Positions 1 to 11,448 of a DNA stretch of 64,000 nucleotides are shown here, one piece after another. The notes under the pieces were generated by a model. That model saw nothing but the letters and a program-made list of their open reading frames with translations, was not told where the DNA came from and did no database searches. The translations under genes were made by a program, and so were the position numbers. This DNA is from Eledone cirrhosa (lineage: Eukaryota). Positions within the stretch are counted from its first letter, which is position 1; each line of letters opens with the position of its first letter. The stretch covers positions 14,508,001 through 14,572,000 of the forward strand of contig OZ024751.1 of the NCBI GenBank assembly GCA_964016885.1. The letters are read 5' to 3'.

Positions 1-396
1 CAGAACAGACCCCCTCCCTCATCCCCCCAAAAAACTCTTACAGAACAGACCCCCTCCCTCATCCCCCCCAAAACAAAAACAAAAATAAACACGAAAAAGA
101 TATTTTTTTTCCTATTTATCTTTTTTGACAGAATTATTTCTAGAATATTCTTCCTCAGCTTAGCAATAATACACCATTATTACATTCTTTAGTTGGAATT
201 TGTTTTTTGTTGTTTTGTTTGTTTGATTGATTGTATGTTTTTGGCCAGACATTCCGAGCATTCCATTCATGAAATATTGTACAAGGTTCAAACAATTGGC
301 TAACTATAAAATATTTCTATAGCAACAATGATAATAACAATAATAATAGTAATAATTATAGCAATAGTAGTAGTAGTAATAATAATAATAATAATA

Positions 397-559
397 ATTG
401 TTCCTACTTTAGGCACAAGGCCAGCAATTACCCAGTGCATTACTGGTACTTTATTTTTTATCGACCCCCGTAAGGATGAAAGGCAAAGTCAACCTCGGCG
501 GGATTTGAACTCAGATCGTAAAGGGACGTAACTATGCTGGAAAGCATGGCGTCCGACCC

Positions 560-592
<33 letters not shown>

Positions 593-1298
593 TGTTTCTA
601 CTCTGGACACAAGGCCAGCAATTTAAATCAACCCCACTGCATTATTGACCTTGTAAGGATGAAAGGCAAGGTCAACCTCGGCAAGGTTTGAACTGAGAAT
701 GTAAAAGGCCATAACTCTATGCTGCAAAGCATGGCATCCAACACTCTACCGATACTGCCAATCTACCACCCTCAGTAATAATAATTGCTTCTACTTTTGG
801 CACAAGGCCAGCAATTATCCCAGTACATTACTGGTACTTTATTTTATCGACCCCGTAAGGATGAAAGGAAAAGTAATAATAGTAGTAGTAGTAGTAACAA
901 TAATAATAGTAGTAGTAGTAGTAATAACAATAATAATAGTAATAGTAATAGTAGTAATAGTAATAGTAGTAATAGTAGTAGTAGTAGTAACAATAGTAAT
1001 AGTAATAGTAGTAGTAGTAATAGTAGTAGTAGTAGTAAAAATAGTAATAGTAATAGTAGTAGTAGTAGTAAAAATAATAATAGTAATAGTAGTAATAGTA
1101 GTAATAATAATTGTTTCTACTTTAGGCACAAGGCCAGCAATTACCCAGTGCATTACTGGTACTTTATTTTATCGACCCCCGTAAGGATGAAAGGCAAAGT
1201 CAACCTCGGCGGGATTTGAACTCAGATCGTAAAGGGACGTAACTATGCTGGAAAGCATGGCGTCCAACCCTCTACCAATACTGCCAATCCACCGCCCT
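397..1298 (-). mobile_element. Cluster of 4 tRNA-headed SINE family B copies interleaved with (AAT)n/(AGT)n microsatellite
   Basis: Reverse complement of GGCGGTGGATTGGCAGTATTGGTAGAG (A box)..GAGTTCAAATCCC (B box)..GCCTTTCATCCTTACGGGGTCGATAAAATAAAGTACCAG..GTAGAAACAA(TTA)n. Copies at ~397-560, 590-775, 783-868 and 1109-1298. The core resembles the Meta/MESC SINE domain (from recall). Confidence 0.85.
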
Positions 1299-1657
1299 TA
1301 AAAATAATAGTAATAGTAGTAATAGTAGTAATAGTAATAGTAGTAGTCGTAGTAGTAAAAATAAAAGTAATAGTAATGATGATGATAATGCTACTCCATT
1401 GGTGTTGTTTGTTTGGAATCTATTACTAATACATATTTCCAATTAACTAAAACATTTGATATTCATCAGAAAAAAAATGTACAAACTATGTAGAATTAAA
1501 TAATAAATGACGTCTGTTCTATTCTATTCATTTTTGTTGAAGTTCTTCTTTTATACTAGTTGTTGTCTGTCTGTCTGTCTGTCAGTCTATCTGTCTATCA
1601 GTCACAAGTTGAGATACTTTAATATTTTGGTAATGCTTTGTATATATTAGTGGAGGT

Positions 1658-1940
1658 GGAGGCACGTGGCCTAGTGGTAAGAGTGTTGGACTTACGATTA
1701 TAATGTTGTGGGTTCGATTCCACAATGATTCGGCTGTGTGTTGTGTTCTTGAACAAAATATTTCATTTCATGTTGCTCCAGTATACTCAGCTGAAAATAA
1801 GTACCAGCAATAGCTGGGGGTTTAACTCTGAGATGGCCTGGCTTCTGTCCAGAGGGGGGAGTCATGTACTCTCAGTTGCTTCACGCCATGAAACTGGGAT
1901 AAGCATCGGTCTAACGAGCCTTAAATGGCTTAAGACACTT
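1658..1940 (+). mobile_element. tRNA/CORE-type SINE (family C, non-RTE tail)
   Basis: GGAGGCACGTGGCCTAGTGG A box, GGTTCGATTCC B box and CORE-like TGTGTTCTTGAACAAAATATTTCATTTCATGTTGCTCCAG. A second copy lies at 32735-33140 (-). Confidence 0.8.
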
Positions 1941-1961
1941 GTAGATATTACTGTCCATCAT

Positions 1962-4900
1962 AGTAACAGGTTGAAATAGTAATATTGTGGTAATACTCTG
2001 TACATGTTAGTGTCTGTCTGTCTGAGTAACAGGTTGAAATAGTAATATTGTGGTAATTCTCTGTACATGTTAGTGTCTGTCTGTCTGTCTGAGTAACAGG
2101 TTGAAATAGTAATATTGTGGTAATACTCTGTACATGTTAGTGTCTGTCTGTCTGTCTGAGTAACAGGTTGAAATAGTAATATTGTGGTAATACTCTGTAC
2201 ATGTTAGTGTCTGTCTGTCTGTCTGAGTAACAGGTTGAAATAGTAATATTGTGGTAATACTCTGTACATGTTACTGTCTGTCTGTCTGTCTGAGTAACAG
2301 GTTGAAATAGTAATATTGTGGTAATACTCTGTACATGTTACTGTTTGTCTGTCTGTCTGAGTAACAGGTTGAGATAGTAATATTGTGGTAATACTCTGTA
2401 CATGTTACTGTCTGTCTGTCTGTCTGAGTAACAGGTTGAAATAGTAATATTGTGCTAATACTCTGTACATGTTACTGTTTGTCTGTCTGTCTGAGTAACA
2501 GGTTGAGATAGTAATATTGTGGTAATACTCTGTATATGTTACTGTCTGTCTGTCTGAGTAACAGGTTGAAATAGTAATATTGTGGTAATACTCTGTACAT
2601 GTTACTGTCTGTCTGTCTGAGTAACAGGTTGAGATAGTAATATTGTGGTAATACTCTGTACATGTTACTGTCTGTCTGTCTGTCTGAGTAACAGGTTGAG
2701 ATAGTAATATTGTGGTAATACTCTGTACATGTTACTGTCTGTCTGCCTGTCTGTCTGAGTAACAGGTTGAAATAGTAATATTGTGGTAATACTCTGTACA
2801 TGTTACTGTCTGTCTCTCTGTCTGAGTAACAGGTTGAAATAGTAATATTGTGGTAATACTCTGTACATGTTACTGTCTGTCTGTCTGTCTGAGTAACAGG
2901 TTGACATAGTAATATTGAGGTAATACTCTGTACATGTTACTGTCTGTCTGTCTGAGTAACAGGTTGAAATAGTAATATTGTGGTAATACTCTGTACATGT
3001 TACTGTCTGTCTGTCTGTCTGAGTAACAGGTTGATATAGTAATATTGTGGTAATACTCTGTACATGTTACTGTTTGTCTGTCTGTCTGAGTAACTGGTTG
3101 AGATAGTAATATTGTGGTAATACTCTGTACATGTTACTGTCTGTCTGTCTGAGTAACAAGTTGAAATAGTAATATTGTGGTAATACTCTGTACATGTTAC
3201 TGTTTGTCTGTCTGAGTAACAGGTTGAGATAGTAATATTGTGGTAATACTCTGTACATGTTACTGTCTTTCATGTCTGTCTGAGTAACAGGTTGACATAG
3301 TAATATTGTGGTAATACTCTGTACATGTTACTGTCTGTCTGTCTGTCTGAGTAACAGGTTGAAATAGTAATATTGTGGTAATACTCTGTACATGTTACTG
3401 TCTGTCTGTCTGAGTAACAGGTTGAAATAGTAATATTGTGGTAATACTCTGTACATGTTACTGTTTGTCTGTCTGTCTGAGTAACAAGTTGAAATAGTAA
3501 TATTGTGGTAATACTCTGTACATGTTACTGTCTGTCTGTCTGTCTGAGTAACAGGTTGAAATAGTAATATTGTGGTAATACTCTGTACATGTTACTGTCT
3601 GTCTGTCTGTCTGAGTAACAGGTTGAAATAGTAATATTGTGGTAATACTCTGTACATGTTACTGTCTGTCTGTCTGTCTGAGTAACAGGTTGAAATAGTA
3701 ATATTGTGGTAATACTGTGTACATGTTACTGTCTGTTTGTCTGTCTGTCTGAGTAACAGGTTGAAATAGTAATATTGTGGTAATACTCTGTACATGTTAC
3801 TGTCTGTCTGTCTGAGTAACAGGTTGAGATAGTAATATTGTGGTAATACTCTGTACATGTTACTGTCTGTCTCTCTGTCTGAGTAACAGGTTGAAATAGT
3901 AATATTGTGGTAATACTCTGTACATGTTACTGTCTGTCTGTCTGAGTAACAGGTTGACATAGTAATATTGAGGTAATACTCTGTACATGTTACTGTCTGT
4001 CTGTCTGTCTGAGTAACAGGTTGAAATAGTAATATTGTGGTAATACTCTGTACATGTTACTGTCTGTCTGTCTGTCTGAGTAACAGGTTGACATAGTAAT
4101 ATTGAGGTAATACTCTGTACATGTTACTGTCTGTCTGTCTGTCTGAGTAACTGGTTGAGATAGTAATATTGTGGTAATACTCTGTACATGTTACTGTCTG
4201 TCTGTCTGTCTGAGTAACAGGTTGATATAGTAATATTGTGGTAATACTCTGTACATGTTACTGTTTGTCTGTCTGTCTGAGTAACTGGTTGAGATAGTAA
4301 TATTGTGGTAATACTCTGTACATGTTACTGTCTGTCTGTCTGAGTAACAAGTTGAAATAGTAATATTGTGGTAATACTCTGTACATGTTACTGTTTGTCT
4401 GTCTGAGTAACAGGTTGAGATAGTAATATTGTGGTAATACTCTGTACATGTTACTGTCTTTCATGTCTGTCTGAGTAACAGGTTGACATAGTAATATTGT
4501 GGTAATACTCTGTACATGTTACTGTCTGTCTGTCTGTCTGAGTAACAGGTTGAAATAGTAATATTGTGGTAATACTCTGTACATGTTACTGTCTGTCTGT
4601 CTGAGTAACAGGTTGAAATAGTAATATTGTGGTAATACTCTGTACATGTTACTGTTTGTCTGTCTGTCTGAGTAACAAGTTGAAATAGTAATATTGTGGT
4701 AATACTCTGTACATGTTACTGTCTGTCTGTCTGTCTGAGTAACAGGTTGAAATAGTAATATTGTGGTAATACTCTGTACATGTTACTGTCTGTCTGTCTG
4801 TCTGAGTAACAGGTTGAAATAGTAATATTGTGGTAATACTCTGTACATGTTACTGTCTGTCTGTCTGTCTGAGTAACAGGTTGAAATAGTAATATTGTGG

Positions 4901-6364
4901 TAATACTGTGTACATGTTACTGTCTGTTTGTCTGTCTGTCTGAGTAACAGGTTGAAATAGTAATATTGTGGTAATACTCTGTACATGTTACTGTCTGTCT
5001 GTCTGAGTAACAGGTTGAGATAGTAATATTGTGGTAATACTCTGTACATGTTACTGTCTGTCTCTCTGTCTGAGTAACAGGTTGAAATAGTAATATTGTG
5101 GTAATACTCTGTACATGTTACTGTCTGTCTGTCTGAGTAACAGGTTGACATAGTAATATTGAGGTAATACTCTGTACATGTTACTGTCTGTCTGTCTGTC
5201 TGAGTAACAGGTTGAAATAGTAATATTGTGGTAATACTCTGTACATGTTACTGTCTGTCTGTCTGTCTGAGTAACAGGTTGACATAGTAATATTGAGGTA
5301 ATACTCTGTACATGTTACTGTCTGTCTGTCTGTCTGAGTAACTGGTTGAGATAGTAATATTGTGGTAATACTCTGTACATGTTACTGTCTGTCTGTCTGT
5401 CTGAGTAACAGGTTGATATAGTAATATTGTGGTAATACTCTGTACATGTTACTGTTTGTCTGTCTGTCTGAGTAACTGGTTGAGATAGTAATATTGTGGT
5501 AATACTCTGTACATGTTACTGTTTGTCTGAGTAACAGGTTGAGATAGTAATATTGTGGTAATACTCTGTACATGTTACTGTCTTTCATGTCTGTCTGAGT
5601 AACAGGTTGACATAGTAATATTGTGGTAATACTCTGTACATGTTACTGTTTGTCTGTCTGTCTGAGTAACTGGTTGAGATAGTAATATTGTGGTAATACT
5701 CTGTACATGTTACTGTCTGTCTGTCTGTCTGAGTAAGAGGTTGAAATAGTAATAATGTGGTAATACTCTGTACATGTTACTGTTTGTCTGTCTGTCTGAG
5801 TAAGAGGTTGAAATAGTAATATTGTGGTAATACTCTGTACATGTTACTGTTTGTCTGTCTTTCTGAGTAAGAGGTTGAAATAGTAATATTGTGGTAATAC
5901 TCTGTACATGTTACTGTCTGTCTGTCTGTCTGAGTAACAGGTTGAAATATTAATATTGTGGTAATACTCTGTACATGTTACTGTTTGTCTGTCTGTCTGA
6001 GTAACAGGTTGAAATAGTAATATTGTGGTAATACTCTGTACATGTTACTGTTTGTCTGTCTGTCTGAGTAAGAGGTTGAAATAGTAATATTGTGGTAATA
6101 CTCTGTACATGTTACTGTCTGTCTGTCTGTCTGAGTAAGAGGTTGAAATAGTAATATTGTGGTAATACTCTGTACATGTTACTGTTTGTCTGTCTGTCTG
6201 AGTAACAGGTTGAAATAGTAATATTGTGGTAATACTCTGTACATGTTACTGTTTGTCTGTCTGTCTGAGTAACAGGTTGAAATAGTAATATTGTGGTAAT
6301 ACTCTGTACATGTTACTGTTTGTCTGTCTGTCTGAGTAACAGGTTGAAATATTAATATTGTGGT
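1962..6364. repeat. Satellite of mostly 63/67-bp units (51-bp core + (GTCT)n), about 67 copies, with higher-order structure
   Basis: GAGTAACAGGTTGAAATAGTAATATTGTGGTAATACTCTGTACATGTTACT(GTCT)3-4 repeated head to tail. Confidence 0.97.
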
Positions 6365-6986
6365 CCTATTCTATTATTTGTGGTTATTCTATATCTAAAC
6401 TATAATAAAGTAAGGAGTGCGGGACTGTGTCCAGAATATATTTTTTTATCCCATTTGTAAAATAATTTGGATTACTTTGAATAAATAATTGTTTCTACTT
6501 TTTGGCACAAGGCCAGCAATTACCAGTACATTACTGGTACTTTATTTTGAATAAATAATGAATGAATATTACATAATTTATCTACTAAATTTCGTTATTC
6601 TTGATTAAATATAAATAATTTTGTTGTTTATTTTAAGATGCACTTCTTTAAAATTTTCAAATGTCAACACTTCCTGTTAGTGATCGCTTGAATAAACATT
6701 CATATATTTCCGTCACTAATTTTCTCCTAATGCAGTTTATATATAATATTGTCTTTTTTTTAATGTATCATGGATGACGTTACTGATTACATAAGACAGT
6801 GTAACATAGTCTTCGTTCAATTTCTGTGTATATTGTCAATCATGATTTTTTTTATATATCATATCTACATATATATATACTTGTGTATAATATCAATATA
6901 CACACTACACATGCTAGCAGAAAACCACCCAAAGGGTGGTTTTTCTGCTTGTTTAGGATAATAAAGTTATATATACACACATATAC

Positions 6987-7548
6987 AATCAAAATTGATA
7001 GAAGTTATGGAGTAGCTAGACCCAGAAAAACCTGGGACGACATGATCAAATCTGACCTTGCACAATTACACCTCTCTAAGACATGTCACTGGATCGAGAC
7101 CTTTGGTGCTACACAGTAATACAGAAGACGTGCCTTCCCTTAGGTACAAAGTTAAACCTACAGTCAGTAGGCACCTCTTAACCAAATACACACCCCAACC
7201 ACTACCCCTACTCCATCCTCCCACTCCCACCAACACCACCCTTTCTCTGTAAAGCTATGTTGGTACCACAGAACATCCAGCCCACACTAAAGAAGTTGTG
7301 TAGGTGTCATGACAAAAAGCACCCAGTCCATGCTGTAAAGTGGTCATGTAGGAGAGACGGTAAAAAGGCTCCCAGTCCACTGTAAATGTGGTTGGTGTTA
7401 GGAAGGGTATCCAGCCATAGAAAACCATCCAGAAAGTGTTCTATATGAGCAAGACACGGTCACCTGACCAATCTTGCCTCAAGTCGAACAATTCCCGTCT
7501 AACTCATGCTAGCGTGGAAGATAGACGTTAAATGATGATGATGATGAT
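6987..7548 (+). mobile_element. 3' fragment of an RTE-clade LINE (ORF C-terminus + 3'UTR + (GAT)n tail)
   Basis: Encodes IKIDRSYGVARPRKTWDDMIKSDLAQLHLSK, similar to the C-terminus of the 38406-40231 ORF, and shares its tail. Confidence 0.88.
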
Positions 7549-7567
7549 ACATACATAAATAAATATA

Positions 7568-7750
7568 TTATAAAGAGTTGAGACCCAAACGGCTGAGCTC
7601 TTGCCGTTTCAACAGCTAGTTCCAGACACAATTTAGTTGTTGAAACGACAAGAGCTCAACCGTTGGGGTCCTGACTCTTTATAACATAACCAAGTATCAA
7701 GTACTCTGGTGAGTAATGGTCTAACTAGTTTCAAACTGAATCCATCCTGA
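7568..7750. mobile_element. Fold-back micro-element with hammerhead 3'-half motif (Penelope-terminus-like)
   Basis: Inverted arms of ~52 bp at 7568-7684. Related to 12460-12570 and 14783-14980. Confidence 0.55.
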
Positions 7751-7769
7751 TTTATATATAAATATATAT

Positions 7770-7958
7770 AATTGTTACTACTTTTGGCACAAGGCCAGCA
7801 ATTATCCAGTACGTTACTGGTACTTTATTTTATCGACCCCGTAAGGATGAAAGGCAAAGTTAACCTCGGCGGGATTTGAACTCAGACCGTAAAGAGACGT
7901 AACTATGCTGGAAAGCATGGTGTCCGACCCTCTACTGATACTGCCAATTCACCGCCCC
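7770..7958 (-). mobile_element. SINE family B, full length
   Basis: Same A box, B box, core and tail as the 397-1298 copies. Confidence 0.88.
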
Positions 7959-8217
7959 TTATAAATATATATAATAGGCATATATGTGGGTGACCATACA
8001 TAAGCGACATACAGATCTGTCGGCCTGTCTAGATCAATAGCCTCACTTCAGTACTGACTTAATCATTGCAGACATGTCCAGCCTTTGTTAGCAGGGAAAG
8101 CAGACATTAAAATGAACAATGATATATATATATGCATGTAAAAGGCAATAACAACATAATCGGTACAGTATATGAAAGGAATATATTAGGTTAATGTTTG
8201 AAATAGTAGGAAGAGGG

Positions 8218-8253
8218 TCTTAACGTTTCAGACGCTAATCCTTCATCAGAAGA
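8218..8253 (-). ncRNA. Candidate minimal type-I hammerhead ribozyme
   Basis: Minus strand reads TCTT CTGATGA AGG ATTAGCG TCT GAA ACGT T AAGA: intact core, 3-bp stem II, palindromic ACGT stem III and 4-bp stem I. Confidence 0.55.
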
Positions 8254-8318
8254 AAGAATGAGAAATCAGAAAGATTGAACGGACGGGCGGGGTGGAATTG
8301 GAAATATATATATATATA

Positions 8319-8662
8319 TCATCATTTTTTCATTTCATTTTACGTCCGCTTTTTCCCTGCTTGCAAGGATGGGACGGGAACTGATTCTGGCTTGATTTCT
8401 ACAGCTGGATGCCCTTCCTAACACCAACCTCGTTTACAGTGAGTGCTGGGTGCTTTTTTTGCCGCGGTACCTCCACGACCACTTTGTAGTGGAATGATAT
8501 GGACCCCAGTCCCTATCATCTCATTTCTACAGCTGAGTAAACTGGAGCAATGTGAAATAAAGTGTCTTGCTCAAGGAAACAACACATCACCAGGTCTGAG
8601 AATTGAACTCACAACCTTTCGATTGCAAGGCCAATGCTCTAACCACTAAGCCATGTGCCTCC
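8319..8662 (-). mobile_element. SINE family A (tRNA head + CORE-like body + RTE 3' tail)
   Basis: GGAGGCACATGGCTTAGTGG..GAGTTCAATTC..CCTTGAGCAAGACACTTTATTTCAC..AGGAAGGGCATCCAGCTGTAGAAA..GGACGTAAAATG(ATG)n. Confidence 0.9.
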
Positions 8663-9938
8663 ATATATATATAATAGCATTAGGAAGGGCATCCAGTTGT
8701 AAAAAAAACAGCCAGAAACACCCCTATATGAGCGAGACACGGTCACTCGACCCAGCTTGCCTCTAAATTGAACCCGGCTAACCCATGCTAGCGTGCAAGA
8801 TGGATGTTAATCAATGATGATGATGATGATATATTACACAAGAATGTATAATTCAGTAGAAAACAATAGTTATTGTGATGGCAGTGCGGGACATAATATT
8901 ATTGGATTAGAGAAAGAGATTAGCTGATAGTTATGGCTTGTGTAACAAGTGTAATGGTATGTTAGAAACTTAGAAGTAATATATCATACATAATGTCTCT
9001 GTGGGAGGTAGAAATAACTCACACCAAGCAGATTGGCTGAGGTCAGTGTAATGAGAATATTTCAGTTGATTAGTTGTTTAATAATTAATTATTAAGTAGA
9101 GTTAGTTTGTAGTGATGTGGCTGGGAGGAAATGTCATTTGTGGGAAAATAATAATGATTTTTTTTTTTTTTGAAAACTAACTTTTATTGATGAATAATAA
9201 CAAACGATGATGATGATGATGATGATGATGACATGAAGAATTAAATATATGCCAGCGTGGAACACAGCATAAAATGGTGGTGCTGATGATGATGACACAC
9301 ACATGTATACATAAGTATAGAAATTACATTACTTCAAGTTTTATCATGTCAGCTGTGTTTTACAACTTCATTACAACAGACAGTGGCTTTTCAGGCTGAA
9401 TCTACACCACATCGATTTAACCTGAAGACCTGTTATAGTTAACATGGTGAAACTTCAAGTAGTATGACTTATAAACCTATTGTACTCCACTAATACACAT
9501 ATACATATATAATAAGATAGATGAAGATCGTATGCAAGCGTGGAATATGGACGTTAAACGATGATGACGATGATGATGATCGCTGGTATAAATACAGCGC
9601 TCTTTGGGCCAGCTTCTAGCTCACTCAACAAATCTAGTGAATTGCACAGAGTTTTATGTAAAGCACACAGTTTTATGTAGAGTGTTGGCTATGTTTTTAA
9701 TTAGATATGTAAATGTGGTTGGTGTTATGAAGGGCATCCAGCCGTACAGTTCTGTACGAGCGAGACACGATCTCGTAACCAATCCCGCATTAAGTGAAAC
9801 AAAACTGTCTAACCCATGCTAGCATGGAAGATGGGCATTAAACAATGATGATGATGATGATATATATATATATATATCAAAAGACTCAGATTAATCCCCT
9901 ATAATTTAATGAGCTCAAGGAACAGATTCCGGGCTCTT

Positions 9939-10117
9939 TATAAATCAACATATAGAGAGAAGTACACACAAAGATATGTGTTCAATCATAGGGGATTTAA
10001 AACTACCATATTAACTACAGAAGGAATGGTGAATACAAATCAATTAAAAGAATAATTAAATTCCCTATGATTGAACACATATCTCTATGTGTACTTCTCT
10101 CTATAGGCTGATTTATA
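9939..10117. repeat. Inverted repeat, ~62-bp arms with ~55-bp spacer
   Basis: TATAAATCAACATATAGAGAGAAGTACAC..ATAGGGGATTTAA pairs with TTAAATTCCCTATG..GTGTACTTCTCTCTATAGGCTGATTTATA. Confidence 0.85.
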
Positions 10118-10212
10118 TATAGATATATAGTCGATCGACTTTTGTGAAACAATGTATTAGCAATTGGAAACTAATTGCTAATACTTTCTATCGGTCGCAA
10201 CTCCAGGTAGAA

Positions 10213-10331
10213 GGAGCAACGTGAATTAAAGTGTCTTGTTCAAGGACATAACACATCGCCCAGTCCAGGAATCAAACTTAAAACCTCATGATTGTGAATC
10301 CAATTCTCTTACCACTCAGCCATGTGCCTCC
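10213..10331 (-). mobile_element. Partial tRNA/CORE SINE (head + core)
   Basis: Reverse complement reads GGAGGCACATGGCTGAGTGG..TGTCCTTGAACAAGACACTTTAATTCACGTTGCTCC. Confidence 0.8.
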
Positions 10332-10338
10332 AACAAAT

Positions 10339-10420
10339 CGCTGCAAGCAGGATCCGAACCTACGTGGCAATATCCCATTGGATTTCAAGTCCAAAGCCTT
10401 AACCACTTGGCCACCACAGC
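10339..10420 (-). tRNA. tRNA-Ser(TGA), probably a pseudogene
   Basis: GCTGTGGTGGCCAAGTGGTTAAGGCTTTGGACTTGAAATCCAATGGGATATTGCCACGTAGGTTCGGATCCTGCTTGCAGCG: 82 nt, TGA anticodon, long variable arm, G73. It has several G-U pairs or mismatches, GTTCGG in the T loop and no T4 terminator. Confidence 0.8.
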
Positions 10421-10448
10421 TGATGTACATATATATATATATATATAT

Positions 10449-10840
10449 AGGCACATGGCTTAGTGGTTAGAGCATTGGGCTTGCAATCGAAAGGTTGTGA
10501 GTTCAATTCTCAGACTGGGTGATGTGTTGTTTCCTTGAGCAAGACACTTTATTTCACATTGCTCCAGTTTACTCGGCTGTAGAGATGAGATGATAGGGAC
10601 TGGGGTCTCTATCATTCCACTGCAAAGTGGATGTGTAGGCGCCACGGAAAAAAAGCACCCAGCACTCACTGTAAACGAGGTTGGTGTTAGGAAGGGCATC
10701 CAGCTGTAGAAATCAAGCCAGAATCAGTTCCCGTATGAGCAAGACAAGGTCAGCTGACCAGACACTGCTCCCAACAGGACAACCCGTCCAACCCATGCTA
10801 GCGTGGAAGAACGGACGTAAAACGGCGATGATGATGATGA
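10449..10840 (+). mobile_element. SINE family A, long-tail variant
   Basis: Same head and body as other family A copies. The tail matches the whole RTE 3' end at 38101-38330. Confidence 0.9.
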
Positions 10841-11412
10841 CTCATTTTTAAAAACACCAAAGAATCAATTTTAAAAACAACAATCAATATTATTGTTTTT
10901 AAAATTAGTATATCACCGTCCTACGTGATTCCCATTGTATTGAGCATTGGTTAAGACAGACTTTAATTTTAACTTTTTATATTATATATATATTTACAGT
11001 AAATCTTTTCATCGTGTAAGTTGAAGAACAATGTTGAATGTCTTATAATACAAAGGACAACATTTTTTGTTGTTGTTAGGGACGTTTGTTTTTCTTTTCG
11101 GTAAATCAGTTTTAAAACTCCATTTAATAATAATTGTATTATTATGACTATTATATATATATTCAATTCGATTATCAATTCCTCTCTTTCATTACTTTTG
11201 TTGAGAAGTTGACATAATAAATATATATTTATTAATGATAATTTTGGGTGGTGTTAAAGTAACAAATTAGTAATAAAAACAAACATTTATTGATGAAAGG
11301 GCTCAATAATTTAGAGTCAAATTTATTGTACATATTGGATAGACTTGGATTTTGAGATTTGCCCTTCTGTTTGCATAAGCTCTTCATGGTGAAACTCGGA
11401 GCCTGCTGAACT

Positions 11413-11448
<36 letters not shown>

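Noticed and set aside
1962-6364. CRISPR-like regular array
   Set aside because: There are no unique spacers (only (GTCT)n length changes), no cas genes, and the context is eukaryotic.
10460-10699. Recurring ~80-aa ORF MPFLTPTSFTVSAG.. (also 36557, 52965, 55656, 61924)
   Set aside because: It is the antisense translation of SINE family A, not a gene family.
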